Of a stretch of 64,000 bases of DNA, positions 25,671 to 39,574 are shown in pieces. This stretch comes from Eledone cirrhosa (taxonomy: Eukaryota). Location: assembly GCA_964016885.1 (NCBI GenBank), contig OZ024746.1:6572001-6636000 (forward strand), written 5' to 3'. The stretch's first letter is position 1. Each line of letters starts with the position of its first letter. The position numbers and the translations under genes are program-made. Under the pieces are notes generated by a model. The model was not told where the DNA came from and did no database searches. It saw only the letters and a list, made by a program, of their open reading frames with translations.

Positions 25671-25944
25671 AGGATGTAGCTGTAGCTGCGATGTCAGTAG
25701 GATGTAGCTGTCAGAATATATTATTGACTGTATCCCATTGGGGAGGAGGAGGACTTACCTAATCCTGGTACTTCATTTTATCGACCCCGTAAAGATGAAA
25801 GGCAATTAAATCTAACAAGATAATTGTTTCTACTTTTGGCACAAGACCAGCAATTACCCAGTACTTTATTTTATCGACCCCGTAAGGATGAAAGGCAAAG
25901 ATAATAAAAACACAATATGTATATGATAGAAACCACACAATTAC

Positions 25945-26241
25945 CTGTAACTTTGAGTTCTATTGACAACACTGCTTCTCCTTTTGTGTTAGTCGCCTTG
26001 CACGTGTATTTTCCTGCATCATTCATATTTATAAAGTTGAAGAAAAGATTTCCATTAGCAAGCAATCGCAAATGACCGTTATCGTTATTATTAACAACAA
26101 GATTGAGGTCTGCACCGTCTTTTAACCACGTAATTTCAGCTGTAGGTGCACTCTCGGGGTCACATATAATCGAAAGATTTCCATTAACTGCTCCAGAGAC
26201 TATCTTGGATTGGCGAGATCTTACAAAAGTTGGTTTGAACT
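25945..26241 (-). CDS. cntn: Contactin-like exon 5: complete Ig5
   Basis: ttttcag|AG...G|gtaatt, phase 1/1. Reads (E)FKPTF...IICDPESAPTAEITWLKDG...NGNLFF...DAGKYTCKATNTKGEA...LKVT. Confidence 0.95.
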
Positions 26242-26287
26242 CTGAAAACACACAGAAATTTAAATTTAACTACAAGCCACACACACA

Positions 26288-26413
<126 letters not shown>

Positions 26414-26606
26414 CAGAAATAACAACACAATCGGTACAGTATATGGAAGGGATATATTAGGTTAACGCTTGATATAGCAGGAAGAGGGTCTTGAGGTTTC
26501 AGAAGAAAGAATGAGAAATTAGATAGATTGAAGGGACGGGAAGGTTGGAATTGGAAAACATGTCTTTAGATGAAAATAACAGGTCCATTGATGTTGACAT
26601 CCCTCG

Positions 26607-26658
<52 letters not shown>

Positions 26659-26665
<7 letters not shown>

Positions 26666-26887
26666 ATACTTGGGGAGGGTCATATTGTTGTAATAATATT
26701 GCCAGAATTAATAACAGAACACACTCACTGTTTCGTTGGTTTTTGCTTCTGTGTCTTTTATATCGGTTAATTTAATTTAAGATATAAAAGACACAGAAGC
26801 GAAAACCAACGAAACAGTGAGTGAGTTCTGTTATTAATTCTGGCAATATTATTACACAAATATGAGCCTCCCCAAGGATAACAATAT
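26659..26887. repeat. Fold-back palindrome made of two inverted copies of the P3 PLE terminus
   Basis: Arms of about 105 bp. The left arm matches 23308-23412 and 47150-47260. Confidence 0.9.
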
Positions 26888-26944
26888 TTGTTTCGACACA
26901 CGATTTCATATCAAAAACCTCGCACAACTAATATATATATATAT

Positions 26945-27009
<65 letters not shown>

Positions 27010-27074
27010 TGTGCGTCTGTGTGTTTGTGTGTGTGCGTGTGTGTGCGCGTGTATATACAAAATAGCTAACTGAA

Positions 27075-27270
27075 TACGCACGTCTGTTTTTTTCCCCAAT
27101 TTTTTCCTCATTTCCCCCGTTCCTTCCTCTTCTCCCTCTTTATCTTTCTATCTTCTGAGGAAGGACTAGTGTATGAAACGTTAAAACTCTTTTCCTGCTA
27201 TTTCAAGCGTTAAACTAATATATTTCTTCCGTGTACTGTGTTGTTTGCTTTGTTGTTTCTGTTTACTTTT
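27075..27270 (+). mobile_element. pLTR-like fragment with a degenerate minimal hammerhead; related copy at about 14680-14780
   Basis: ctgagga...gaaacgtta followed by ctcttttcct..tttcaagcgttaaactaatatatttc. The GAAACGTTA and downstream part occur at both loci. Confidence 0.45.
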
Positions 27271-28053
27271 TACATATATATATATATATACATACGCACA
27301 TACATACATTACATACATACAGACATGTGTGTGTGTGTGTGTGTATCTATGTGTGTGTGTCTATGTATTGTCTATGTATGTGTATGTGTGTCTATGTATG
27401 TGTATGTGTGTCTATGTATGTCTGTGTGTGTCTATGTGTCTATGTGTGTATGTGTGTGCTTGTGTGTGTTAATGTGTATGTGTGTGTGTCTATGTGTGTG
27501 TGTGTATCTAGGTGTTTATGTGTGTATGTGTGTGTATCTATGTATGTGTCTATGTGTGTACGTGTGTGCCTGTGTGTATACGTGTGTGCCTGTGTGTGTC
27601 AATGTGTGTGTGTGTGTGTCTTTCTATGTATGTGTGTCTGTGTATGTGTATGTGTATGTGTGTCTATGTGTATGTGCATATTAAATTTATTAAGTTCTAA
27701 CTGCACATTCCTGCCAAATTATTGTAGCTGACATTTCATAAAACTAATATGTTATATGATTATCTCAATTACAATATAAATGGAAAAGCTAAAATATCCT
27801 CACAAAATACGATGGTTCTTCATGCAAACAGATCCATAAAGCTAATTCTATATACTGTGATAATCTTATAAGAACTTCCGTGGTCATTGTCTGCTCAGTC
27901 AGTCTATATTAACTCCAATGGTCGGTTATCTTCTATCTGTCCATTATTTATGAGATCTCTAACGCAATCGTACAATTGCGAAACAATGATTTCTTAGATC
28001 AAAACTTAGATTTGTTTTGTATTAGTCTTAATTGGAAATTTTGCCGAATATTT

Positions 28054-28151
<98 letters not shown>

Positions 28152-28199
28152 TCATTGTTCAGTATTCGGCAAAATATATATATATTTAAAAGTTAAACA

Positions 28200-31100
28200 A
28201 GGTTCAATGAATAAATCAAAGTATGGTTTTCCAGAGTTATTAATATTAATTCCAGAGTTATTAATATTGATTCAAAGATGATAAGAAAAGATGATAAAAA
28301 AACACAAAATTATCCAAATGGACATAACAAGCTATTACTCTTCCATTATGCCTAACCTACTTAAAAAGGATCTATCCTACGCTTACAAACATACAGATCT
28401 AACTACGGATGAAATCGATATCATATTAACTGCTAGAAGAACTCTAATTAATTTCAACAATGAGTATTGGACCCGCTCAGATAGAAATAGAAACTTTGAC
28501 ATTACCATGGGATCATCGGACTCAGCGCAAGTCACGGATCTTCTGGGGATTTCCATCTTAAATATGGTAAATAGAAACCTGCCAGAGATTACCGGTGGTT
28601 TATATAGGGACGATATTTTATTTATGGTTGTCAAACACAGCAATACAGAACTAAATAGGGTTAAGAAAAATATAATTGAATTCTTTAAAAATTACGACCT
28701 TAAATTAGAGGTTGAAAGTGGTACCAAAATAGTTAATTTCCTTGATGTTACCCTTAACTTAAACTCTGGTTTTTATTACCCTTTCCATAAGCCCAATGAA
28801 AACTTAAATTACGTTAGTTATTACTCTAATCACCCTAAATCTGTGAAAAATGCTATTGTCAATAGTGTACAGAAACGCATAACTACAATATCTGCGAATA
28901 AATCAATATTTGATGAAAAAGCAGGATATTACAATGATGCGCTAAGAAAGGCAGTTTATAAAAATAATATAGAATATATAGACAATAATAATTCGAATCT
29001 TAATCCTGATAAAAATAATGTGACTGGCATGTATAAACGAAATTCTAAAAATTATAATTCAAACACCTGTACTGTCAATACATCGGGGAAAAAAAACAGA
29101 ACTAAATCAGTTATATGGTCCCCCCCCCCCTGCTTCTGTAGCAGTAAAAACACCACTAGCTAATCTATTCTTTAAGGCTTTAGATAATTCCTTCCCTAGT
29201 CAACATAAATACCGTTCCATATTTAATAGACACACAATTATGCTTTCTTATTCTACAACTATGAATATGGCCCAAAACATCGCTAAACTAAATAGTAGAA
29301 TTCTAAACCAAAATCAGCATAATAGTGTTAATAATAGTGCTAATATAAATAATAATAAATCGAAATGTAATTGTAGAAATAAACCAGATTACCCTCTGCA
29401 AAATAATTGTCTGGATAGAAATTTAGTGTATAAATGTGCCGTAAAAGCAAATAACATCACATACAACTACATAGGGTCAACTTCTTCGACATTTAAATCG
29501 AGATTTGCGAATCACAAGTGCTCGTTTTCGAATCCTAATAGGAAGTCTTCGACTTCTTTATCACAACTTATATGGTCATTAAAAGACAAAAATTCAAAAT
29601 ACTCTATTTTTGGGACGAAGCTTTGTAATAGTAGAATCTATCAAATTCGTCTATATCAACTAACTGCAACCTCTGTACTAAGGAGACCCTATTAATAATT
29701 ACTAATTATGAAAACTTAATTAACAAAAAAAGTGAATTATTCTCAAACTGCCTTCATAAGTCTTTGTCTACATTCCAAGCCTCGCAAAAGGTCAGGAAAA
29801 AACACTAAATAAACAGGTTTTAATTTTTGACGTCTCTTATCAACTGTTGTACCTAAAACGTTATAATAGCTTATAAAACTTTAATAATACTTTATTTTCT
29901 AATCATTTATGATAGAATTAATGTTAGAATGAAGGATCCTATTTAGTTATATAAACATATTATTTGTTAACTTGTTCTCTTGATGAATATGCACACCTTT
30001 GAATTATTTTAGATATTTATAATTTAGATTCGGATTCTTATAAATATTTGTCTTTGTTTTAAATATATAATTTGGATATATAACTTGTAAGATTACCGGT
30101 TATAATTGAACCGTAAATCATTCATGCATTTATATATTTTACTCCTTTTGGGTATGTTTTGGGACTCAGAAAGTTAGATTTGCACATATATATGTTTTAT
30201 ATTTAGGTATAAATATCACAAACCATACTAGTCGACAAATATTGGTCTACCTTTCCACTGAACTGGAGGTAAAACTACAATTATAACTTTACTAATAATT
30301 ATTGTAATTATTTATTTATTATATGTATATCGTTTCATTAATATCTATAATACTCTTTCTATATATTTGAACAAATATGTTTATCTAGTATAATAACATG
30401 CTCGTAGTTACATTTATAAGTAATTTAGATACTCAAATGACTCTCTATTATAAGTGTTACATATTTCCTTAATATTCGAAATTATATAATGATTATTACT
30501 TAATTTAATTTAATTTATTTTATTTTAATTAAATTTAGATTACCTCCGGGTCATTCAAATCCTTAGCTCCACTTTCTATCACCTTCGTTGGACATTTTAG
30601 AAGTATCTTTTGTCTACTATATTATAAAACCATCTTGCATTTTAAACTATATTTTTTTTATATTGGGCATTTTTATGTTTCGCAAACAATTCATTATTTT
30701 TTCACTTTTTTTCACTTTTTATTTTTTCACTTTTTATGTTGTATCTAGTCCTTATCCTTAGGACTCATGAAGTTTTGACTTATATATTTATAGTATATAT
30801 CTATTAAATGATCCTTTTACAATAATTGATCTAAAATATTAATTTTTAACAATAATTTCAGTAACTTATTTACTATATTGTATTATATTATGTATATTTG
30901 AAAGGTATCATCTTAAGTCTTTAGACAATATAATCTTTGTGTATTTTTTTTTATAAACACATATATGTAACTTAAAATTCAGACCTTTTTAAGTTTAATT
31001 ATAAGGCCTGTTGATCCTTTAGGCACTCAAATTGTTAATCATAAATTCTTTAAAAATTATAACGGTAATTATTTCTAAATTATATTATATAAACTGTTGT

Positions 31101-31830
31101 CAATATTATATGATAAATTTGGTAAAGTTTACCTTCGTGAGGTTGTAAAAACATTGTTTTCTTTCTCGTGTTTGTAAATCCTTTAAATTTGATTTCATAA
31201 AATTTGATTTTAGAAATTAAATTTGATAGTATACTTTAATATTAATACAGATACCTATTAACTTTTAAAACCTAAAATATTATTCATTACTCTGAACTAA
31301 CTTAAATTAAATATTTTGAATATTAACGGTCAACCAGATATGTTTAGATATATATTGTATATATGGATAATTGTCTAAAGACTTGAACATAAGTTTATTC
31401 CTCTTTATCTCTCTCTCTGTAATCAACTCTCTTTTGCTTTTCTAGGCCCCTACTAACTATATTATCCCCTCATCTGTCTCTTCCTCTATGCTTTTCTTTT
31501 CTTTCCTCTTTCTTCAGTAATTTAAATTATTTAACAGTTATATTGATGCCAAGTATTTTTTAAGCTGTCTCACACGCATCCTCTCTATTGTATGTATTAT
31601 ATATTTTTCTCATGTTTCTCAATATTAAGGTATATAAATATTGAGTTTTGTCATATATTACACACTACCATGACTGAATCTTAACCATCTACTATGTCAG
31701 GGTATGTCATGCATCATCTTATTTTATCTGATGAGGACGTACTGTTGAAGTTAACTCAGTGCCTCTGAAATATGTATAATAAAATATACTTGATCACAAG
31801 AATATCTATTTTGTTAATATTTTGAATTAA
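28200..31830 (+). mobile_element. Penelope-like element, family P1: 5'-truncated, frameshifted RT and GIY-YIG, about 2-kb 3' region ending in a hammerhead
   Basis: ORF 28291-29163 reads MDITSYYSSI, TMGSSDSAQVTDL, GLYRDD, NFLDVTL, SNHP. A frameshift lies at the poly-C near 29119-29130. ORF 29240-29695 reads CNCR...LVYKC...YIGST...KSRF.NH. Both ends sit in (TA)n. Confidence 0.88.
31720..31786 (+). ncRNA. Type I hammerhead ribozyme motif at the 3' end of PLE P1
   Basis: UAUUUUAU-CUGAUGA-GGACGUACUG-loop-CAGUGCCUCU-GAA-AUAUGUAU-A-AUAAAAUA. Stem I is 8 bp, stem II has 9 of 10 pairs, and stem III is short and quasi-palindromic. Confidence 0.78.
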
Positions 31831-31856
31831 TATATATATATATATATATATATATA

Positions 31857-32112
<256 letters not shown>

Positions 32113-32399
32113 GGATTTTATCAGTAATACTATTATTTAGCAGAGTACTCAATACTTGGAATAGTCTGAAAATTCTGGCTCTGACTCTCAGTAATATATA
32201 TGTACACATTAAACAACAATAGAAGACCTGACTAGGAAAATACGCCTTAGAATTCTAAATCCACGAAATCGCTGGACATAATTCGCATATTTTTCCAGTC
32301 TGGAATGTTTGCGTAAACATTGACTTTTACAATCTTCCTTTTCATTGGATCCCGCCCTCTATTGATCACCTTTCGAACTGGATTGGTATTGGCTGCACA

Positions 32400-32625
32400 A
32401 ATAATGGTTTCTTATATAAGCACAATGCCAGAAATTTTGGGGGAGGGGAAAGTCGGTTAAATCGACTCCAATGCATGACTGGTACTTTATTTTATCGACC
32501 CCATAAGAATGAAAGGCGAAAATAACCTCGGCGGAATTTGAACTCAGATAATAAAGGGCCGTAACTCTATGCTGCAAAGCATGGTGTCCGACCCTCTACC
32601 GATACTGCCAATCCACCGCCCTTTT
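32400..32625 (-). mobile_element. SINE family A
   Basis: Reverse complement of the 21235-21420 type. Confidence 0.8.
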
Positions 32626-33473
32626 GGCTGCACAAATAATACGCGGGTTCTAGTAATTAAGCTGTTGGACTCAGGACTTTAATGTCCCGGGTTAGATTCA
32701 TGGGTTAAGTGGCAGGTAATATCTTGAGCAAAACACTTCATTTCACATTGTTCCAGTTCATGCAACTGAGAGTAAAACTGCGATAGTCGGGGATCCTAGG
32801 AGTATTGCTTAACGTAGAGGAAACCGGGATAAGCACCAGCCTGGTTAGCTTTCTCACTTGGGACGGGTATTAACTTATGTACAAACTATGGTGCAGGTAA
32901 ATATATATGTTTATCTGCAGTTATACTTTAGTTCAGATCTGAAGGTATTGAATATTAATTTAATTGATATACTATGACACCCATATATCATTATTATGTT
33001 GTGTAACATATATTGCAAAACTGATTATCTATCTATCTGACGTGAAAGAGAGAGGGAGAGAGGGGGGGGGGGGGGGATAATGAAAATGCGAAATTCGGTG
33101 TGGATGTTAAAATGTCCTTTATTAACAAAGCTGTGATACATTCCATGTTGGTATATATATTACATATATTGCTTATTAAAATTGTCAGCAAAATGACAGT
33201 AATTTAGAAAAGGTGGAAATGTTATTAATGAAGTTATATAAATATCAAATTTATTCAAAGTTTAATTCAGAGAAATATTTTTTAAAACTTTTTTCATAAT
33301 ACTCGCCGTCATCACTCACACCAGTAAATTCCTATTTTAAAGACGTTAGATAACTTAGACATAGAGAGAGGATGTGACACAGGTTGCATACACGCAATAT
33401 TCATAGAAACATGTGTGTGTAGTTTTGTGTGTGTAGTTATATATACTTGTATAAATACACATATATACATATG

Positions 33474-33514
<41 letters not shown>

Positions 33515-33648
33515 ATAATAATTGTTTCTACTTTTGGCACAAGGCCATCAATTACCCAGTACATTACTGGTACTTTATTTTATCGACCCCGTAAGGATGA
33601 AAGGCAAAGTTAACCTCGGCAATAATCATTCGGTTTCCTAGTTAGAAT

Positions 33649-33920
33649 TTTAGTCTACGACTTCAGTTATACCATTTACGTGGTTTTGTCTTTGCGTGCA
33701 ATTGTTCTCCACACTCCACATATGACGTATTATCTTCGTTTTTTCCGTTCATTGCCAGAGAACGTCTCTATGAACCACCTAAGAGAACATTAGTCTACGA
33801 CTTCTTTTATACCATAAACGTGGTTCTGTCTTTGCGTGTAATTGTTTTTCACCGCTCCTATTAATGACGTATTATATTCGTTTTTTCCCGTTCTTTGCCA
33901 GGGAACGATTCCACGAACCA
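33649..33920. repeat. Diverged tandem duplication of about 140 bp
   Basis: ttagtctacgacttc...gacgtattat...ttgccag.gaacg...gaacca occurs twice (starting about 33649 and 33790). Confidence 0.75.
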
Positions 33921-34149
33921 AAGTATCGTCTTCCTGTCTTCCTCTGGTTGCAACGTTTTTTGAAATATTCACTTCTGCGTTCACAGATTGACTTTGTTAG
34001 TTTCAGAAGATCCCGTTAAGCGATTCTTTGCTTAAACTTTAATCTGTTATTTTAATAAATATATATATATATATATGTATACATATATATATATATATAT
34101 GTATGTATATATACATATATATATATGTATGTATATATATATATATATG

Positions 34150-34186
<37 letters not shown>

Positions 34187-34283
34187 GTATATATATATAT
34201 ATATATAAATATGTCTAAACATATATATATATATGTGTGTATATGTACATATATCTATATATACATATATATATACATATATC

Positions 34284-34382
<99 letters not shown>

Positions 34383-34418
34383 ATATACATACTTATATAT
34401 AAATACGTACATACACAT

Positions 34419-34529
<111 letters not shown>

Positions 34530-34559
34530 CATATATATATACATATATATATATATACA

Positions 34560-34848
34560 TATGGGAGCATCCCAAATATCAGCTCAAAAGTGATACAGAG
34601 GAGACTGAGGTTAGCTGGACATGCTCACCGACATCCAGAGTTGACATTGCACTCAGTGCTCCTTTGGGAGCCCCTACATGGACACACTAGAAGAGGAAGA
34701 CCAAGGTTAACGTATGTTGATGCCCTAAGGACAGACACTGGTCTGTTAGAGACGCAGGACATGGCAGCGATAATGAGGGACAGAGACCGCTGGAGAGAAC
34801 TCGTCGATGGATCTCGGGAATTTTACCCGCCTTAGAATAGAATAGAAT
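34560..34848 (+). mobile_element. RTE-clade LINE 3' end inserted in (TA)n
   Basis: Reads [16 protein letters not shown]...LLWEP.HG...[10 protein letters not shown], followed by an (AATAG)n tail. Confidence 0.8.
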
Positions 34849-34913
34849 ATTTACATATATATATATAGAGAGAGAGAGATTACAATAATCAAAGTTCAGT
34901 TTAAATCATTTAT

Positions 34914-34962
34914 TTGCTTACAATTGTTTCCTCCAAACCGAGGTTTGGATTCTTCGGAGCAA
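34914..34962 (-). ncRNA. Hammerhead motif with one core substitution
   Basis: Minus strand UUGCU-CCGAAGA-a-UCCAAACC-uc-GGUUUGGA-g-GAA-ACAAUUGU-A-AGCAA. Stem I is a perfect 5 bp, stem III is palindromic, and core U4 is changed to C. Confidence 0.7.
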
Positions 34963-35995
34963 CTATTAAGTGATCTATAACATACTTGACCTCCTTTTCA
35001 ACACAAGAGACATATAAAAACATATGCACATATTGATCCACAGTGGGATGACATCCATCAAAATGATATAGCATGGCAATTTACATATAAAGGTTAAAGG
35101 ATAAAAATAAAAATAAAAATAAAAATAAAAATGAAGCATTGGCAGTTTATGAAGATAAAGCAAGAGGAAAGTTTAGAGTAGTCAGTGTATGAAACAATCT
35201 CACGTGTAGCATGCACGCGTGTCTTATTTATACAGGATTAGAGTGCGTCAGATTGTTACTTGCAGGGTCAGGCAGTTGAAGCAGGCAATCGATATTATTA
35301 TGTGGGCTGAATTATTAAATCATTTTTTCGCATACACCTGTATGATATACAGTCCCGAATGTAGAGAAACACCAAAATATCAAAAATATCAAACATATTA
35401 TAAAACAAATTATATCGTAGGCAAAACAGTACCACTGTCTTCGCGCACACCACCACTCACATAATCCATGAGACGCAATATATAGACCACGGGTCTATCG
35501 TATAATCCACGATGGTTCAGCATATAACCAAGTCATAAACCGTATCTTGTCGATTCTTAATTAATAGATCATGTTGTTTAGTTTTGTGTGATGATATTAT
35601 ATTCCGGAAGTGTGTGTATGACCAAGGGGAATTAATGCGTAAGGGGAGGTAACTAGCTGGTTTTCTTAGTTAAATTTATTATCCTAAATTACATTAATAT
35701 ATATATATATATTACAAATATTTGTGAATCTATGAATGTATGTGTCTTTGTATGGATCTCTAGAATATCAGAGTTGATGCCGTTAATCTTCACAACTTTT
35801 ACTGATATGTAACGAAATGTGTGAGAGAGAGAGAATGTGTGTGAAAGATAGAGAGAGAGAGTGTGTGTGAGTGAGTGAGAGAGATGGGAGGGAGTAAGAA
35901 TGTATATAAAAATGAAATATAATATTAAGCTAGTCACAAATGTAAGTATAATTCAAAATATATATTGTAAACAAATGAATGAAGTATATTCTTAC

Positions 35996-36268
35996 CTAGA
36001 ACCCTCAGTTGAGCTCCGCTTAAGGTGATACCAAAGGAATTTGAGGCACCACATTGATACATTCCACTATGGAGAGCTATGTCGGCAGATTTAATAATCA
36101 ACTTGTTTCCTACCACTTCAAGATTGTCTCGTTTTGGGTCTATTAGAAAACCATTTTTGTACCAAGTATATGTAACCTCTGGGCGCCCACGAGCATCACA
36201 ACGCCAAGTAAGATGAGAACCAACGTCGATATGTTGTGATTTTAATGGTAACACAAAATATGGCTTTG
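35996..36268 (-). CDS. cntn: Contactin-like exon 4: complete Ig4
   Basis: tttccag|CA...G|gtaaga, phase 1/1. Reads (A)KPYFVLPLKSQHIDVGSHLTWRCDARGRPEVTYTWYKNG...HSGMYQCGASNSFG...AQLRVL. Confidence 0.95.
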
Positions 36269-36405
36269 CTGGAAAACACAACATATATAAAACATACATT
36301 TCTAATTTAATATTAAAACGAAAATTTAACATTTACATATTGCCTTTTTGTTATTAAAAATATATTTACTAAATTCATATTTCTCTCTCTCTCTCCATAT
36401 ATATA

Positions 36406-36469
<64 letters not shown>

Positions 36470-36474
36470 AGATA

Positions 36475-36724
<250 letters not shown>

Positions 36725-36744
36725 GTGTGTATATATATTTTATA

Positions 36745-37705
36745 AATCTTAATTATAAAAAACAGACACAAATATTGAAACTGATATACACTCATACAAC
36801 CAACAGATTCCAAACAATACCTGCTATTCACCTCTAACCATCCAAAGCACACTAAGACTAACATCCCTTTTAACCTAGCAAGAAGAATTTGCACAGTTGT
36901 CTCCAATTATGAAACGCGAAATAAAAAACTTCAAGAATTAAAGGAAATTCTGCTCGAAAGACAGTACCCACCATTACTAATAAATAATGGAATAGAAAGG
37001 ACTAAAGCAATAGGCATTGATGAATTACGAAAACAGAAACAAATTCAAGGTACGCCCAATATTCTATCATATATCTCAACACACAACCCAAGAAGTGCGG
37101 AAGCTTACAACATTATTCATTATTCACTATTGAAACAAGACAGAAGAATTAAAAAAGTCCTTGAAACACTCAAAATAATCAAAAGCAAAAGACAACCGAA
37201 ATCATTAAAAACATTACTCACAAATCCCAAATTACCTACCACAAACCCACAACCAACTGTCAAAATATGTGGCCGCTCTAATTGTGGAACCTGCACTCAC
37301 CTCATTGAAAGCAACATGTATACATTTCAATCAGGACAAAATTTTGTTGTAAAAAATCACTTCACTTGCTCATCAAAAAATTTAGCTTACGACATTAAAT
37401 GTAAAGGATGCAATGAAGATTATACAGGACAAACTAAACTCACACTCAGAAACAGAATGACAGTTCATCGCCAACAATTACGAGATCCAACCACGAGACA
37501 GATACCACTCAGTGCACATCTAGACATATGCGCAAGTGATAAGACACCCAAATTCAAAGTCTTCCCACTTTATCTTTGCGCCGACAATACAACAGAACAA
37601 ATACGAATAAATAAGGAAAATATGTTTATTCAAAACTATAGACCAGCATTAAATATAGTTTAATATACATTATGTTAACACCATAACATGCTAACCATCC
37701 AAACA

Positions 37706-37745
<40 letters not shown>

Positions 37746-38046
37746 ACACCTATATTCGAAAATAAAAACCAGAGCTAAATAAACCTTAACATACGTTAAT
37801 ACTCTAACACCTTTACATACTAACCATACCCCACACACACACATAACTACCACCCCCATTTCTACTAACGGAATCATTTTCCTACACACACACACACACA
37901 AATATATATTTTCTCTCCATCTTAACATGCTAACCATACTCCCACACACACATACATACACACATACAACCCCCATACACACACATAACTCCCTCCCCCA
38001 TTTCTACTAATAGAATCATCTTCCTACACACACACACACACGCACA

Positions 38047-38084
<38 letters not shown>

Positions 38085-38935
38085 AGCACACAAATAAAAA
38101 TACACATCTCTACTTTCATATTTCAATAGAAAGTCTGAATTTTGACACCGCAGCACATCAGCCATACTCACTAAATTAGAACAATTCTCCCCATCCCTTT
38201 TTCCTTGACCATTATCTTTTGTTTGGCACAAAAGTCTCTAAATGGCTACAAAAAAAAATTGCCAAATACGGGCGCGAAATTTAATGTACTTGTTCACTTG
38301 ACAGTCATAATTTCATTTATAACCAATCAAATTACATTTCAGCACATCAACCATACTCACTGAACCAGAACAATTCTCCCCATCCCTTTTTTCTTGACCA
38401 TTACCTTTGGTTTGGCACAAAATTCTCTAAAATGACTACAAAAAGAATTCCCAAATACGGGCGCGAAATTTAATGTACTTGTTCACGTGACAGTTATAAT
38501 TTCATTTTTTAAAAAAAAACTTTCTTGGACCACGTTTTTAAGTAAAAAGAAATTCAAACACAAACTAGCTCGAAAGTTGATGTACTTATTCACGTGACTG
38601 CATCAACCAACCAAATTTCGCTCACATATGAAAAAAACAATCTGAGCCACTCCCACCCCACCCACCCTCCTTTTTTTAAAGGCAAATATAATAAAAACTT
38701 TGTAACGTGAACTGGCGCGAAATTTATTATACTTATTCACATGACAGTCATCAACCAACTAAATTACTTTTCTAAAAACCTAGCATTTCGAGCCACTTTT
38801 TTCCATATAAAACCGAAGTAACATTCGAACACCAACCAGATGCGAGAAAAACCACAAACCCTCCATCTCAATTCTACTTTTGAAAAGCACAAGAACTGCG
38901 AAACCGGTAAAGGAACCAAATAAATATTTTTTTAA
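36745..38935 (+). mobile_element. Penelope-like element, family P2, 3' part (thumb, GIY-YIG, repeat-rich pLTR)
   Basis: Reads PTDSKQYLLFTSNHP..TKTNIPFNLARRI. ORF 37130-37663 reads CGRSNCGTC...C.SKNLAYDIKC..C...YTGQT....RNRM..H. It ends with a degenerate hammerhead and AATAAA. Confidence 0.85.
38877..38912 (+). ncRNA. Degenerate minimal hammerhead at the P2 3' end
   Basis: CUU-UUGAAAA-GCA-caagaac-UGC-GAA-ACCGGU-A-AAG. Stem III is palindromic, and there are two core changes relative to CUGAAGA. Confidence 0.55.
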
Positions 38936-38970
38936 AAGACACCAGTTGCATTTTCGATTTCATCTTTTTT

Positions 38971-39053
<83 letters not shown>

Positions 39054-39574
39054 TAAAATTATTGGCAACATGAGCCTCCCAAAGTATAACAATATATATA
39101 TATATTTGTGTTTCTATCAATTTTGTTTTAAATATCTGAATCTAATTCGTTGAAATTGTTTAAATTGTTTTAATTGATTTCTGAATATATAAATATAGGA
39201 TTTTCATCATTTAAATTGAAGCAAGGGGAATATCTCTATTTCCAAGTCAACGATCTGATGAATAAAATGTTATATCTTCTGTATTTCATTTTAAACACAT
39301 GACAGGTTATAAATCATGTCAGCAAAGATGCACTATTTTTACATAGTTGAAAAATGTTTAATTCCAATACAATTAATAGAAGTCTCTCTGAAAAAATGAT
39401 ATATATTTCTTCACGGCATCCGTGAAAAGTGAATACAGGGAGCAGGAAATGTTAAAATACCAGCATGTTTTGATCTCTATATTTATTTGATACAGATTCT
39501 TGATATTCTGAGATACAAACATATTTAAACACATAGTAAGGAATAAATAGTATTCTTCAAAGTTGTATTGGATG

